Source of the DNA: Promethearchaeota archaeon
GTDB lineage: Archaea > Asgardarchaeota > Lokiarchaeia > Sigyniarchaeales > SOKP01
Direction of reading: 5' to 3'
Assembly: GCA_016839765.1 (NCBI GenBank)
Contig: JAEOTP010000043.1
Location: 64,001 to 128,000, forward strand
Length of the DNA: 64,000 nt
Part shown: positions 48,584-58,450 of the stretch, one piece after another
Layout of the letters: the number at the start of each line of letters is the position of its first letter
Position numbering within the stretch: the first letter of the stretch is position 1
Program-made: the position numbers and the translations under genes
The notes under the pieces: generated by a model
Told to the model about the DNA's origin: nothing
Databases searched by the model: none
The model's input: the letters and a program-made list of their open reading frames with translations, nothing else

Positions 48584-49366
48584 ATGCCAAAATCTTACAA
48601 GCTAAAACTTATACTAGGGGGGGCTAAAGGCTCAGGAAAAACTTCATTCATAAATAACAATGTTGAAAATGATACACCAATTGGAGTTTCCTTTAAACCT
48701 ATAGAATGTTATGCAAATGAATCTGATTCCTATAAATTTGTTATTTGGGACTTAAAAGATAGAGATCGCTTCAAGTTTTTATTCCCATTATTTTGTAGAG
48801 GCGCTTGTGCAGGATTGTTATGTTTTGATATATCAAATAGAAATTCTTTCCTTGAATTGGAAAGTTGGATAAAACTTTTTAAAGAAAGTGCTGGAAATAT
48901 TCCAATTGTTTTAATTGGAACTAAAAATGATTTACAGAGACAAGTCTCAGATGAAGAAATTAAGAAAGTAATTCATCAATTTCACTTAGAAGGTGTATTT
49001 TTTACATCGATTTACGAGGAGAATGATAAAAAAATAGAGATTTTTAAGTATATTGTAGAAAAATTAGAACCTGATTATCCAATAGAAAATTTTACTTTAT
49101 TTACTCCAAAACAACTTGATTCAGAAGAATTTAAAAATTTTGTTAATTACTTTTCAAGATGTCCAATTTGTAAAAAGGAAAATCATTTTGAAAGTTTAAA
49201 GAACCTCTATTTAAGTAGAGATCCAAAAGTAATTGATTTAAAAGAACAATTAGTATATCTTCTTTGTAATTTGGAGGTTTTTAACAGAAAAAATTTAAAA
49301 AATCTATCAATTGGAATACCCTGTTGTAATTGTTATAAAAGCATTTTTGAAGAGAATTACTGTTGA
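48584..49366 (+). CDS. Degenerate Rab-like GTPase with C-terminal Cys4 zinc module (start moved to ATG 48584)
   Basis: GAKGSGKT, WDLKDR for WDxxGQ, GTKND; CPIC...PCCNC tail. Confidence 0.75.
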   Translation: MPKSYKLKLILGGAKGSGKTSFINNNVENDTPIGVSFKPIECYANESDSYKFVIWDLKDRDRFKFLFPLFCRGACAGLLCFDISNRNSFLELESWIKLFKESAGNIPIVLIGTKNDLQRQVSDEEIKKVIHQFHLEGVFFTSIYEENDKKIEIFKYIVEKLEPDYPIENFTLFTPKQLDSEEFKNFVNYFSRCPICKKENHFESLKNLYLSRDPKVIDLKEQLVYLLCNLEVFNRKNLKNLSIGIPCCNCYKSIFEENYC

Positions 49367-49778
49367 TTTTTTAGAATTCCTGAATATTTAATAATTTTAA
49401 AATGATCAAAAGCTAATTTTTTAGAATGTAACTCCTCTAATTTAACAATTTCAATAGTAGCCGCGTCATCTTTTGCGAGAGGTTTCTCGTTTTTAGATGC
49501 TGGTTCACACAAAAATGCAACTGTTACGTTATGACCCCTTGGATCTCTTTTGGGATTTGAAAAAACTCCAACTTTTTTATTTTCACTTTAATATTTGTTT
49601 CTTCATAAGCTTCTCGAATACACGCATTTTCAACTGTCTCTCCGATATTAACAAAACCACCAGGTAAAGCTAGTTCTCCTTGAAAGGGAGGATTTTTTCT
49701 ACGAATTAGAACAATTTTATCTTTCACATAAATAATCAGGGCATCAACAGTTAGGAGTGGAGTTTCTGGTTTTGGCAT
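49357..49778 (-). pseudogene. NUDIX hydrolase (ADP-ribose pyrophosphatase-like) split by a -1 frameshift
   Basis: Nudix box GGFVNIGETVENACIREAYEETN in frame 1; VGVFSNPKRDPRGHNVTVAF...DDA...LAFDH in the -1 frame ending at TAA 49357. Confidence 0.85.
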
Positions 49779-49810
49779 TAAATAAATATACCTCCCAATA
49801 TTACTGTAAT

Positions 49811-50617
49811 TTACTCATCCCATACAGGGGAGTGTAATAAATGTTCTATACGCGTGCGTCTAGGGCGTACGAATCTTGTATGACCCTCTTTGCGTTCTAA
49901 AAGAAGTGTTTTTTCTAGATTAGTCGAATTCACCATATATACTTCTAGATCTCCCTCATGAAGGAAGATATGATTAAAGCATGGAGTATCATCAGCACGG
50001 ACTTTTTTTGATGTAGAGGTACCACAATAGAGGAAAGTTGTAGGTCCTATCACATAGGCATGAGGTACATGGCGATGACCCATTAAGACCAAATCAATTT
50101 CGAATAATTGAGTAAACTCCAGTAACTCCCCCGCATCTTTAACAGTTGTGAACTTTTGACCAGACATTGGAATTGGAATTAAATGATGATGAAGTGCAAT
50201 AACTCTATTTTCTAAAACTCTGTTAAATTGGCGGCCGAGCCAGTCTAACTGTTCATCTCCGCATTCTCCATGACCGATGTCATCTCTAGCACTACAGATT
50301 CCTACTAAAAGGGTATCTTTTTCATCTAAAATGATTTTAGAGCGTCTAGGGCCAATTATTTTCTCAAAGTAAATTAATCCTGAATTCTTTGCATCATGAT
50401 TTCCTGGAACTGCCATGAATTTAGTAATCTCTTTAATTCGCTTCAAAAATGGTGAAAATGATTTAAACTGAACAGTTCTTCCCTTATGTACTATATCTCC
50501 TGTACATACTACTACATCAGGGTGAGAAATTTCTATGTATTTAATTACATTCTCCATGTATTCGGGAACAAATTCACTTCCATAATGAAGATCGGAAATG
50601 TGAATAATTTCAACCAA
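49811..50617 (-). CDS. Calcineurin-like metallophosphoesterase (Icc/CpdA-like)
   Basis: SDLH, TGD, GNHD, LHHH, GHRH. Confidence 0.9.
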   Translation of the reverse strand: MVEIIHISDLHYGSEFVPEYMENVIKYIEISHPDVVVCTGDIVHKGRTVQFKSFSPFLKRIKEITKFMAVPGNHDAKNSGLIYFEKIIGPRRSKIILDEKDTLLVGICSARDDIGHGECGDEQLDWLGRQFNRVLENRVIALHHHLIPIPMSGQKFTTVKDAGELLEFTQLFEIDLVLMGHRHVPHAYVIGPTTFLYCGTSTSKKVRADDTPCFNHIFLHEGDLEVYMVNSTNLEKTLLLERKEGHTRFVRPRRTRIEHLLHSPVWDE

Positions 50618-50765
50618 AATTTAACACCTTTATATATTTCCTCTTCAGAAAAAATAATTTTTAAGTTTTAATAACTTAAGAATTAAATAATAAGTTCTTA
50701 ATTTAAAATATTTTTAATGAGAATAATTTAGCCTTAAAAATAAATTATATAGAAATTGTTTAATT

Positions 50766-50921
50766 TCAGTTAAATTTTTTGATGGAACTTAAATCTTTTT
50801 GAGTTTGGAATATATTATTTAAAATTTTTTTATCTCTACATTCAATACACATATCATTTACTTTTAAAATTCGAATTTGTCCACATTCGGTGCAAAAGAA
50901 TTCTTGAAAGATTGGTTTCAT
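50766..50921 (-). CDS. Small zinc-finger protein, 51 aa (absent from ORF track)
   Basis: MKPIFQEFFCTECGQIRILKVNDMCIECRDKKILNNIFQTQKDLSSIKKFN; GGTGATGTA RBS directly before ATG. Confidence 0.7.
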   Translation of the reverse strand: MKPIFQEFFCTECGQIRILKVNDMCIECRDKKILNNIFQTQKDLSSIKKFN

Positions 50922-51229
50922 TACATCACCATTTTTATTATCATAATAAGTTGAAGAATTTTTTCAATTTCCATATTTCTTTGATTAATTATGTAAATAA
51001 TTGATTTTTCAAGAGGAATTTGAGAAACTTCATATTTTAATTTTAATCCTCTTTTCTAGTACTTAAAATCTCTTTATACACTTTTTATCAATTTTAATTC
51101 ATCTAAACTTATATGAATAATACATTTACAAAGATATAAGCAATTTCGCCATAAGATATAGATGCTATATATTCTACATAGAAAATATTTGATGATTAAT
51201 TATTCCTTTTTTATTATCCTTATTTATTA

Positions 51230-54220
51230 TTATCCTTTTTTATTAAAAAATAGTTTTTTAAAGAAGTGCTTTACTACTGTGTCTGTATTTGCAAATTTCT
51301 TTTCAATAAATCCTTGACCATAATCGTATTTTCCGCCCCCTTTACCTTTTAAAAAGCTAGTCTCCTCTTTTATAAAATTTCCCATATGAAAATCTGAATT
51401 TTTTGCAGCTATCGTATCAATCATCCCTGTAATAGCTGTTCCTTTATCATTTTCATTAAAGAAGAGAGTAATTACATTATCTGAATATTTTAAAATATTA
51501 GAGCTAATATTTTGAACTTCTTTTTGATCTAAATTATTGAAGGTAGCAGTTACTAACTTTGAGTTTCCAAAAGATTTAGCATTCTTAATTAGGCTTTCTA
51601 TGTAATCCGTACTTAAATATTTTTTAACTCGATTTAATTTTATCTTTGTTTCATTCCATTCAGAGTAGAATTTCTTAATTTTTGAAGATACTTTTTCTTT
51701 CCTAACATTGAGAAGTCGTGATAATTCTGTTAGTATATCTCCTTCAAAATCTTCTTTTGAAGTTAATTCTAAATCTTCTTTATTATATTTGCCAGATTGG
51801 AGAGCTTTATTTAACTTTTTCCATTTATCTATTAATTCATTTACCCGTCCTACGATACTTGTTTGAGGAACTCTTAATATAGTTTCTAATTCCTTAATAG
51901 CGCTAGCTTCAAGTTTCTTGAGTTCTTCAGTCGCTTTTCCTGCGGTAAAGGTTAATCTTACAATTCCATCTTGAATTTTTTGTGATTTGGTAATTTTTAT
52001 TTTTCCAGTTTCAGAGGTGTTATTTAAATGGGTACCTCCACATGCCTCTACATCAATTCCTGGGACTTCTACTATCCTTAAATACTTCCCAGGAACAGCA
52101 CCACCTTGATAGATTGACATACCATACTCCCGTTCAGCTTCTGATCGTGGTATAAATGATAACTTTAAATCAATTTTTTTATCAACTATTTCATTAGCTT
52201 TATTTTCTATTTCTGTAAGTTTATCATCAGGAATCTGATTATAATGAGTAATATCTAAGTGAGAATTTTTGAGTGTTTTTTTTGCTCCAGCTTGATTCAC
52301 ATGTTCTCCTAGGATTATTCTTGCTGCTGCATTGACAATATGAGTCGCTGTATGATGTTGAGAGAGTTGAGTTCTCCATCCTTTTTCTACTTCTATTTTA
52401 ACGATATCTGCTTCCTTGAATGTTGGTTCTTTTTCCATTACATGGACAATATAATTTCCTTGTTTAAAGACTCCTTTAAATGATTCTCCATTTATTGTTC
52501 CAATATCATGTAGTTGGCCTCCTGAAGTTGGATAGGCTACAGATTGATCCAATATCACATATTTATCAATAATTTTAAGTACCTTAGCTTCATTGGAAAT
52601 TTCATTATAATCATAATAGTAAAGAGATTTAGTTTCGGGAATTCCAGACAAATCTAATTCAATTTCCTTTTCAGTAGCATGGATTTGTTCCTGTTTTTCA
52701 TGCCTTTCAACAACTAGGCTATAGAAATCATCGGGTATTTTTATTGAAATTCCATAGTTCTTTGCTGACTCTTTGACCAACTCTGGACTAATACCCTTGG
52801 AGTCATATAATTCTATTAATTTTTCTGTTGATAATATTCCTTTCTTCAGTTCTTTATCTAAAATTCGTTTTGCTTCTTTCTTGTTCAAATAATACTTTTC
52901 TTTTTCGAAATCCAAGATTTCTTTAATTTCATCTAAATGTAAGGAAAGCTCTGGAAATAATTCCTTTAATTCTAACGCATGCCAAGTACAGACATCTGCC
53001 ACATCTATATTCCATTGGAACTGATCAATAAAACTTATAGCACGTCTGAAAATAACTCTTAAATTATACCCGCCTCCTACATTTGAAGGGAGTTTTCCAT
53101 CATTAATAGCAAAAAGTAAACTTCTCGCATGCTCAGCAATAGAATAAATCGCTGTCATTGGCAAAATATTGTTTTTTAAATCATTTACCTTAAACCCCAG
53201 TTCATTGGCGACTTTTTGCCATGCAGCATCCATATCCTCAACTTCATCAATATTTAAATAAGCAGAATACTTTGAAAATTCATTATATAAATCTAAGTCT
53301 AACTTAATTTTAGTAATTTCTCTTAATTTATGAATTACTTGAGGAAATGTTGCCTCATACATATTTGGAGTCCCTTGAGAAAACCAAGAAACTCTTTCTT
53401 GACCCATTCCCATATCAAGGACTTTTAGTTTTAGTTCTCGTGGGCCTTCAGGAGTTTGTTCATACATTGTGTATACTTGATTAAATAGTTCTACTCCCCG
53501 ACTAAAGAATTCTAGAGAACACCCAAATGAACCACCACCAGCCCATGAATCTTCATGAATAGTTATCTCTTCTTTAGCTAATCCTACACCTTCATAGATA
53601 AAATAATGTATATCCATAAAGAGTTCTCCTTGATTCCATTCTTCTGGTGGAACAAAGGTATGCTGACCAATCATCACGAATCCTGTACAATGACTCCCAG
53701 TAACTCCCACATTTTCTATATCATTGAACCTTAAACAGAATTGGGGTATTATCAACTTTTTAGCTGGGGGTTCAACTTCACCAGTAATTACATATGGTTG
53801 AAAAGCAGAAATTGAAGCTATTGTGAATTCAGAAGTAGGATTCCACCTTGCTACACATGGATATCTATTAATGGGCTTATAACCTCTGGGTTCCAAGATT
53901 TCCACAATTTTTTTCCATACTCCTATAAATGAAAGTTTGACTTGTGAAGGATTATCAACAACTACTTGAAAGCCACCAGAACATGTAGGATCACCGCATA
54001 CTTTTCTTTCTTTAAGTACGGTCCAGAAAAAAGTACCACAACAATCACATTGCTTTCTTATATATCCTAATGCTTGAAGTTCCTCCGTGGGAAAAAAATC
54101 ATCAGGTTTTTTAGAAGCAATTTCTTTAAAGATAGATTTTAATTGCTTGTCAGTTTGAGCTTTCTTAAGTTCTTTCTGGTCCTTATCTGATAGCATCGCA
54201 TTCAATAATGGTTTTTTCAA
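51230..54220 (-). CDS. alaS: Alanyl-tRNA synthetase, archaeal type
   Basis: N-terminal Zn knuckle, TIASISAFQP, QFCLRFND, DMGMGQER, HHTATH, EACGGTH, GKGGG. Confidence 0.95.
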   Translation of the reverse strand: MKKPLLNAMLSDKDQKELKKAQTDKQLKSIFKEIASKKPDDFFPTEELQALGYIRKQCDCCGTFFWTVLKERKVCGDPTCSGGFQVVVDNPSQVKLSFIGVWKKIVEILEPRGYKPINRYPCVARWNPTSEFTIASISAFQPYVITGEVEPPAKKLIIPQFCLRFNDIENVGVTGSHCTGFVMIGQHTFVPPEEWNQGELFMDIHYFIYEGVGLAKEEITIHEDSWAGGGSFGCSLEFFSRGVELFNQVYTMYEQTPEGPRELKLKVLDMGMGQERVSWFSQGTPNMYEATFPQVIHKLREITKIKLDLDLYNEFSKYSAYLNIDEVEDMDAAWQKVANELGFKVNDLKNNILPMTAIYSIAEHARSLLFAINDGKLPSNVGGGYNLRVIFRRAISFIDQFQWNIDVADVCTWHALELKELFPELSLHLDEIKEILDFEKEKYYLNKKEAKRILDKELKKGILSTEKLIELYDSKGISPELVKESAKNYGISIKIPDDFYSLVVERHEKQEQIHATEKEIELDLSGIPETKSLYYYDYNEISNEAKVLKIIDKYVILDQSVAYPTSGGQLHDIGTINGESFKGVFKQGNYIVHVMEKEPTFKEADIVKIEVEKGWRTQLSQHHTATHIVNAAARIILGEHVNQAGAKKTLKNSHLDITHYNQIPDDKLTEIENKANEIVDKKIDLKLSFIPRSEAEREYGMSIYQGGAVPGKYLRIVEVPGIDVEACGGTHLNNTSETGKIKITKSQKIQDGIVRLTFTAGKATEELKKLEASAIKELETILRVPQTSIVGRVNELIDKWKKLNKALQSGKYNKEDLELTSKEDFEGDILTELSRLLNVRKEKVSSKIKKFYSEWNETKIKLNRVKKYLSTDYIESLIKNAKSFGNSKLVTATFNNLDQKEVQNISSNILKYSDNVITLFFNENDKGTAITGMIDTIAAKNSDFHMGNFIKEETSFLKGKGGGKYDYGQGFIEKKFANTDTVVKHFFKKLFFNKKG

Positions 54221-54395
54221 TTTTAATTCATGTATTAAATGAATAAATATGCATTCTCCAAAAACTTTTTGTTTAATTGAATTAAATCCTTAATTTTTAT
54301 ACTTGACATTAAAGTAAAAATTTTTATTTACATAAGAATTGAATTTATTTGCAAAAAAAATTTAGTCTTGAATTAAAAATTGAGGTAGAAATCAA

Positions 54396-54698
54396 ATGGC
54401 TCATATTTTAGTTACGGCATTTAATCCCCCAAACAAGTCAAAGGAATTATTAAAAGTTTATATGTCAAAAGATAAACCTGCATACCCCGATTTCGTAAAA
54501 AAAATACATCATTGGACATCAATGTCTTCAGATGGTCGACATAAAGTCTATGCAGTATATGAATGTCCAGATGATAAAATAATGGAGACTATGAAAGCTA
54601 TATCTAGAAGATATATTATATATGCTTCAGTAGAAGGTTACAGATATTATGGCGAAATATTATTTGATGCTGAGGAAGCTATGAAACTTTTATTTTAA
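54396..54698 (+). CDS. Hypothetical protein (small alpha/beta)
   Basis: ORF with GAGGT RBS. Confidence 0.65.
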   Translation: MAHILVTAFNPPNKSKELLKVYMSKDKPAYPDFVKKIHHWTSMSSDGRHKVYAVYECPDDKIMETMKAISRRYIIYASVEGYRYYGEILFDAEEAMKLLF

Positions 54699-54723
54699 TA
54701 ATAAATTATAAATCACTTTTTTT

Positions 54724-55188
54724 TTATAATTCTAAAACTTGAAGTCTTGAATATCCATCTTTTATAAAATCATAATCAAGAAGTTCAAGTTTTTCAGGTA
54801 TTATTTTTAGGATTAATTTTCTCTTTCCTCGGACAATCTTTTGCGCTTTTTTGAATCCATCATCTCCTTCTTTTAAAAAAATTAATTTTTCTCTTCCAGA
54901 TGCTGTAATTTGCATTCCTTGTATTTTTCCTTCTGACATTGGCGTATAGATGCCAATACTAACAATTAGATTTTCTTTAATATTTTCAACTTTCTTTCCA
55001 GGAGCAGGCCCTACATATATATGAAAATTATCAGTATTTTTTTCGATATAAAAGTCCATTGGAGTTGCTCTTGGTACATTCTTTGAGCAAGTACACAATA
55101 CAAGAACCTTTCTTTTCTCTAAAAACATTCGAATCTCCTTTCTCAATTCATTTTCTGGCATTCTATTGCTCATAATAAATTCAACCAT
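54724..55188 (-). CDS. Pyridoxamine 5'-phosphate oxidase-like (split-barrel flavin-binding) protein
   Basis: LVLCT...PRATPM...KKVENIKENLIVSIGI. Confidence 0.7.
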   Translation of the reverse strand: MVEFIMSNRMPENELRKEIRMFLEKRKVLVLCTCSKNVPRATPMDFYIEKNTDNFHIYVGPAPGKKVENIKENLIVSIGIYTPMSEGKIQGMQITASGREKLIFLKEGDDGFKKAQKIVRGKRKLILKIIPEKLELLDYDFIKDGYSRLQVLEL

Positions 55189-55274
55189 TTAATTTAATGC
55201 AATTAAATTATTAATTTATAATACAAGAAAATTGAGAAATTTTTAAAAGTTTTTTAATGCTAATTGAAAAAAAG

Positions 55275-56414
55275 TTATAGGGTAGTAAAATCAGGCTGAG
55301 GAAAATCTGTTCCATTCATAGAAGCTTGGACATAGGGAGATATAGGCCCTCGTCCTAAAGCCATTATTCTAACTTTTGATTTTAAGGAGGGATCCAAAGC
55401 GGTTCCAAATTTGAGTGAAGCTTCCTCAGGAATTTCATCTGTAATAGTGGCAATTATCTTATCAATTTTAGATAAGGATAATTTATGATCACCTGATACA
55501 GAGACTATACATTTATCAACCTGCATAGGATCAGGCTCTAATAGAGGATTATGTAGCGCTAATTTCGCCTTTTTTATCAAATCTGATTCCTCTCCATAAG
55601 ATTCTGTTATTCCAATCAAACCACCGGGAAGCTCACCCTTTTTTTCAAAAATTTTCTTTACATCAGCATAATCAATATTTATCAATCCACAGTTATTAAT
55701 TAGGTTGAGAATTTCGCGAATACACCTGATTAACACTTCATCCATTATTTTAAAACCAGTTAAGATTGGTATTTTTTTATTGAATCTTAAAAGATTATCA
55801 TTAGGTATTGGGATTAAACAATCAGTGTTTTCAATAATTTCCTTTAATCCAGTTTTTGCTCTATTCCTTCTCTCTTTACCTTCAGATGTAAAAGGAATTG
55901 AACAGAATGTAACCACTGTCGCTTTGTTCTTTTTAGCTTCTCTTGCAATGATAGGAGCTGCTCCAGTTCCGGTGCCTCCACCTAAACCAAAAGCTAAAAA
56001 GACCACATCTGCTTTTAATACTTCAGAAATTCTTTCTATATCTTCCTCGGCTGCTGCAGCTCCAATACTAGGGTCATTTCCAGACCCTAAGCCATTACAT
56101 ATTTCTTTACCTATTAGAAGTTTCTTATTCGCATTGGAATAATATAAGTCGTGAGCATCAGTATTAATATTTAAGGTCTCAACGAATTTGCTTCCAATAT
56201 CTTGCATTCTCGATACAGTATTATTCCCAGCACCACCAATCCCTATTACCAAACTTTTGATTTTTAATATTTTAAGTAAGTCTGATAAATATTTATCGTC
56301 ATCTAAATTGGAGGTTTGATTTAGTTTATTTTGACGAGCTATTTCTGTAAATCTTGATCTAACTGATATTCTTGATTTCGCAATTTCAGTTAAATCAAAT
56401 TCCTTATCACTCAT
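55275..56414 (-). CDS. ftsZ: Cell division protein FtsZ
   Basis: GIGGAGNN, INTD, GLGSGNDP, GLGGGTGTGAAP, NDNL, T7 loop GLINIDYADVK. Confidence 0.92.
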   Translation of the reverse strand: MSDKEFDLTEIAKSRISVRSRFTEIARQNKLNQTSNLDDDKYLSDLLKILKIKSLVIGIGGAGNNTVSRMQDIGSKFVETLNINTDAHDLYYSNANKKLLIGKEICNGLGSGNDPSIGAAAAEEDIERISEVLKADVVFLAFGLGGGTGTGAAPIIAREAKKNKATVVTFCSIPFTSEGKERRNRAKTGLKEIIENTDCLIPIPNDNLLRFNKKIPILTGFKIMDEVLIRCIREILNLINNCGLINIDYADVKKIFEKKGELPGGLIGITESYGEESDLIKKAKLALHNPLLEPDPMQVDKCIVSVSGDHKLSLSKIDKIIATITDEIPEEASLKFGTALDPSLKSKVRIMALGRGPISPYVQASMNGTDFPQPDFTTL

Positions 56415-56806
56415 TTAACTAGCCAAGTCTAATTTATTAATATATAATATCAGTATTATATCAGAATAATATAAGAAAGTATTATTCTTGTATTATAGAA
56501 ATAATACATCAACTCTTATACACCAGGGAAATTGATTTAAATAGAATTTAAGCATGGTTACATTTTTAAACCTCTAAAGTAAATAATAATAACTTCAAAG
56601 TTTAGGACAAATAAAGATACGGACAAATAAAAGAGGATATAATAAATTTACAACTTTAAATTGATATCTTTTAAAGATAATATAATTCTTAGAAGATTTG
56701 TTAAAATATTTCAATTTGTTCATGAGAATAATAGGACAAGTTATATAAGAATTAAATTTATAAGATTAAATTTTCATGTGTAAGATAATAAGGGGTTTTA
56801 ATTAAA

Positions 56807-57049
56807 ATGGAAATTGATTACAATAAAGACAGCAGTAGACCATCCGTAGATAGCTCAGAAACTAAAGGATCACTTATAAAAGTTAGAGCTATTATAAGTT
56901 GTCCGACTTGTGGGTATATTAAGAAATTCAGAAATCAATTTCCTAGAGAACAATTAGAGTTAATGACTGTTGCTGTAAAAGTTTTTGATTGGATGGTTTG
57001 CTCTAAATGTGGAGAAATACTTAACTTAAATTTAGAGTTTAATATATAG
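56807..57049 (+). CDS. Small zinc-ribbon protein
   Basis: CPTCG and CSKCG. Confidence 0.7.
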   Translation: MEIDYNKDSSRPSVDSSETKGSLIKVRAIISCPTCGYIKKFRNQFPREQLELMTVAVKVFDWMVCSKCGEILNLNLEFNI

Positions 57050-57086
57050 TATTAACTCATTTTAGTTTTTCTCAAATATTAGATTC

Positions 57087-58397
57087 TTAAAGATCAAATT
57101 TAATTTCTCCGTAGGATCCTCCTCCGCCGGGTGTATATTGGATTTCATTATTCCTAAAAGCATTTATAACAGAAGCAATATTTTTATCAAATTTTTCGAT
57201 GCCTGTTATCGGTATATCAATTAAAATCGAAAATTCAGTGCCAAATTTTTCAATTAAACTATTATATTCATTTAATACAGTTTTACTATTAGCACTTTTA
57301 ATCCCTCTTACAGATCGAATTATGTCGATTAGAGGAATAGCGTTAATATACGGAGGGCGATGTTCTGGATGTTTTGGTTTCTCATAGGAAGAAATCGTTT
57401 CAATTCTCTCACTCACACCTAATCTAATTTTAAAATTTTTACCAACTGCTTCCTTACAGCCGGGACAAATCATTTTTTCTTTTGCTACTTGTTTAATGTA
57501 ATCTATTCTCGATTTTAAAGGATCATTTGAGAAGAATAGAATAAAATTATCAGTTATGGTATATTGAGAAAAAATCTCTGAAATACCGCTTTTACTTTTT
57601 TTAAATAAAATCCTTCTCCTACATTTATTACAAAACATATTATAATATTTTCCAAGTTTAGGATGTAATCCTACATTGAGTGTTACTTTCCTCCCTTCTT
57701 TTCTTCTCAAGGCAAGTTCAATCTCATCGAAGGAGGGATTATCGATATCTAATTGATTGAATTCTCGGCCTAAAGAACGTGGATCTTGAGAATGAGCATC
57801 ACTATTACTTAGAAATGTGACATTTTTTAAAGATTCTAAACGATCAGCCAATTCTGTATTAGCAGATAATCCTAATTCCAGAAAAGTTACTTTTTTTACA
57901 GTATCTTGGTAGCAACTTTCTAATGTATTATATTTATTTTGGCGAAATATTGCTTTAAATGGAGTAAATGCATGGGCAGGTCCAATCAAACCACCAGAGT
58001 CGGTTATTAAATCTACTAACTCTGCACCAAATAGATTCACCCTTGGACGCCCTCCCCATTCATCAAGAATATTTTTAGAGTAAGGCTTCAGTTTATTTTG
58101 TATTTGTTTAACAGAATCAAAATTAGGAAAAAGCACCACATGATGGACACTATCTTTATCTTCAATTTCAGTTTGTAAAATAAACGAGATATCCTTATAA
58201 TAATATGCTCTATCACTGTTACGCCTTAAGTTTTCTTCTAAATATTTAAGCCAGTCTGGTTGTAGAGCATCACCAGTACCCAAAATATGAAGCCCTTTCT
58301 TTTTACAGGTTTCTCTCATTGTATCTAAATTTAATGATTTAGATACTGCAATAGAATGTGGTGAATGAATATGAAGATCACAATTAAACAAATCCAT
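57087..58397 (-). CDS. PHP-domain endonuclease Q-like protein
   Basis: DLHIHS, GTGD, HH, PAHAFTP, ELGLSA, NSDAHS, LGKY, CNKC/CPGC, GGGGSYG. Confidence 0.85.
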   Translation of the reverse strand: MDLFNCDLHIHSPHSIAVSKSLNLDTMRETCKKKGLHILGTGDALQPDWLKYLEENLRRNSDRAYYYKDISFILQTEIEDKDSVHHVVLFPNFDSVKQIQNKLKPYSKNILDEWGGRPRVNLFGAELVDLITDSGGLIGPAHAFTPFKAIFRQNKYNTLESCYQDTVKKVTFLELGLSANTELADRLESLKNVTFLSNSDAHSQDPRSLGREFNQLDIDNPSFDEIELALRRKEGRKVTLNVGLHPKLGKYYNMFCNKCRRRILFKKSKSGISEIFSQYTITDNFILFFSNDPLKSRIDYIKQVAKEKMICPGCKEAVGKNFKIRLGVSERIETISSYEKPKHPEHRPPYINAIPLIDIIRSVRGIKSANSKTVLNEYNSLIEKFGTEFSILIDIPITGIEKFDKNIASVINAFRNNEIQYTPGGGGSYGEIKFDL

Positions 58398-58450
58398 TGT
58401 AATTCAATTATTTTAATAAAATAAAAAAGTTAAGAAGACTAATGATTTGT

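Noticed and set aside
39875-50921. Selenocysteine read-through at TGA-ending ORFs (trxB, the GTPase ending Cys-TGA, the zinc-finger ORF)
   Set aside because: Proteins appear complete at the TGA, downstream codons are low-complexity or soon stop, and no SECIS-like hairpin was recognised
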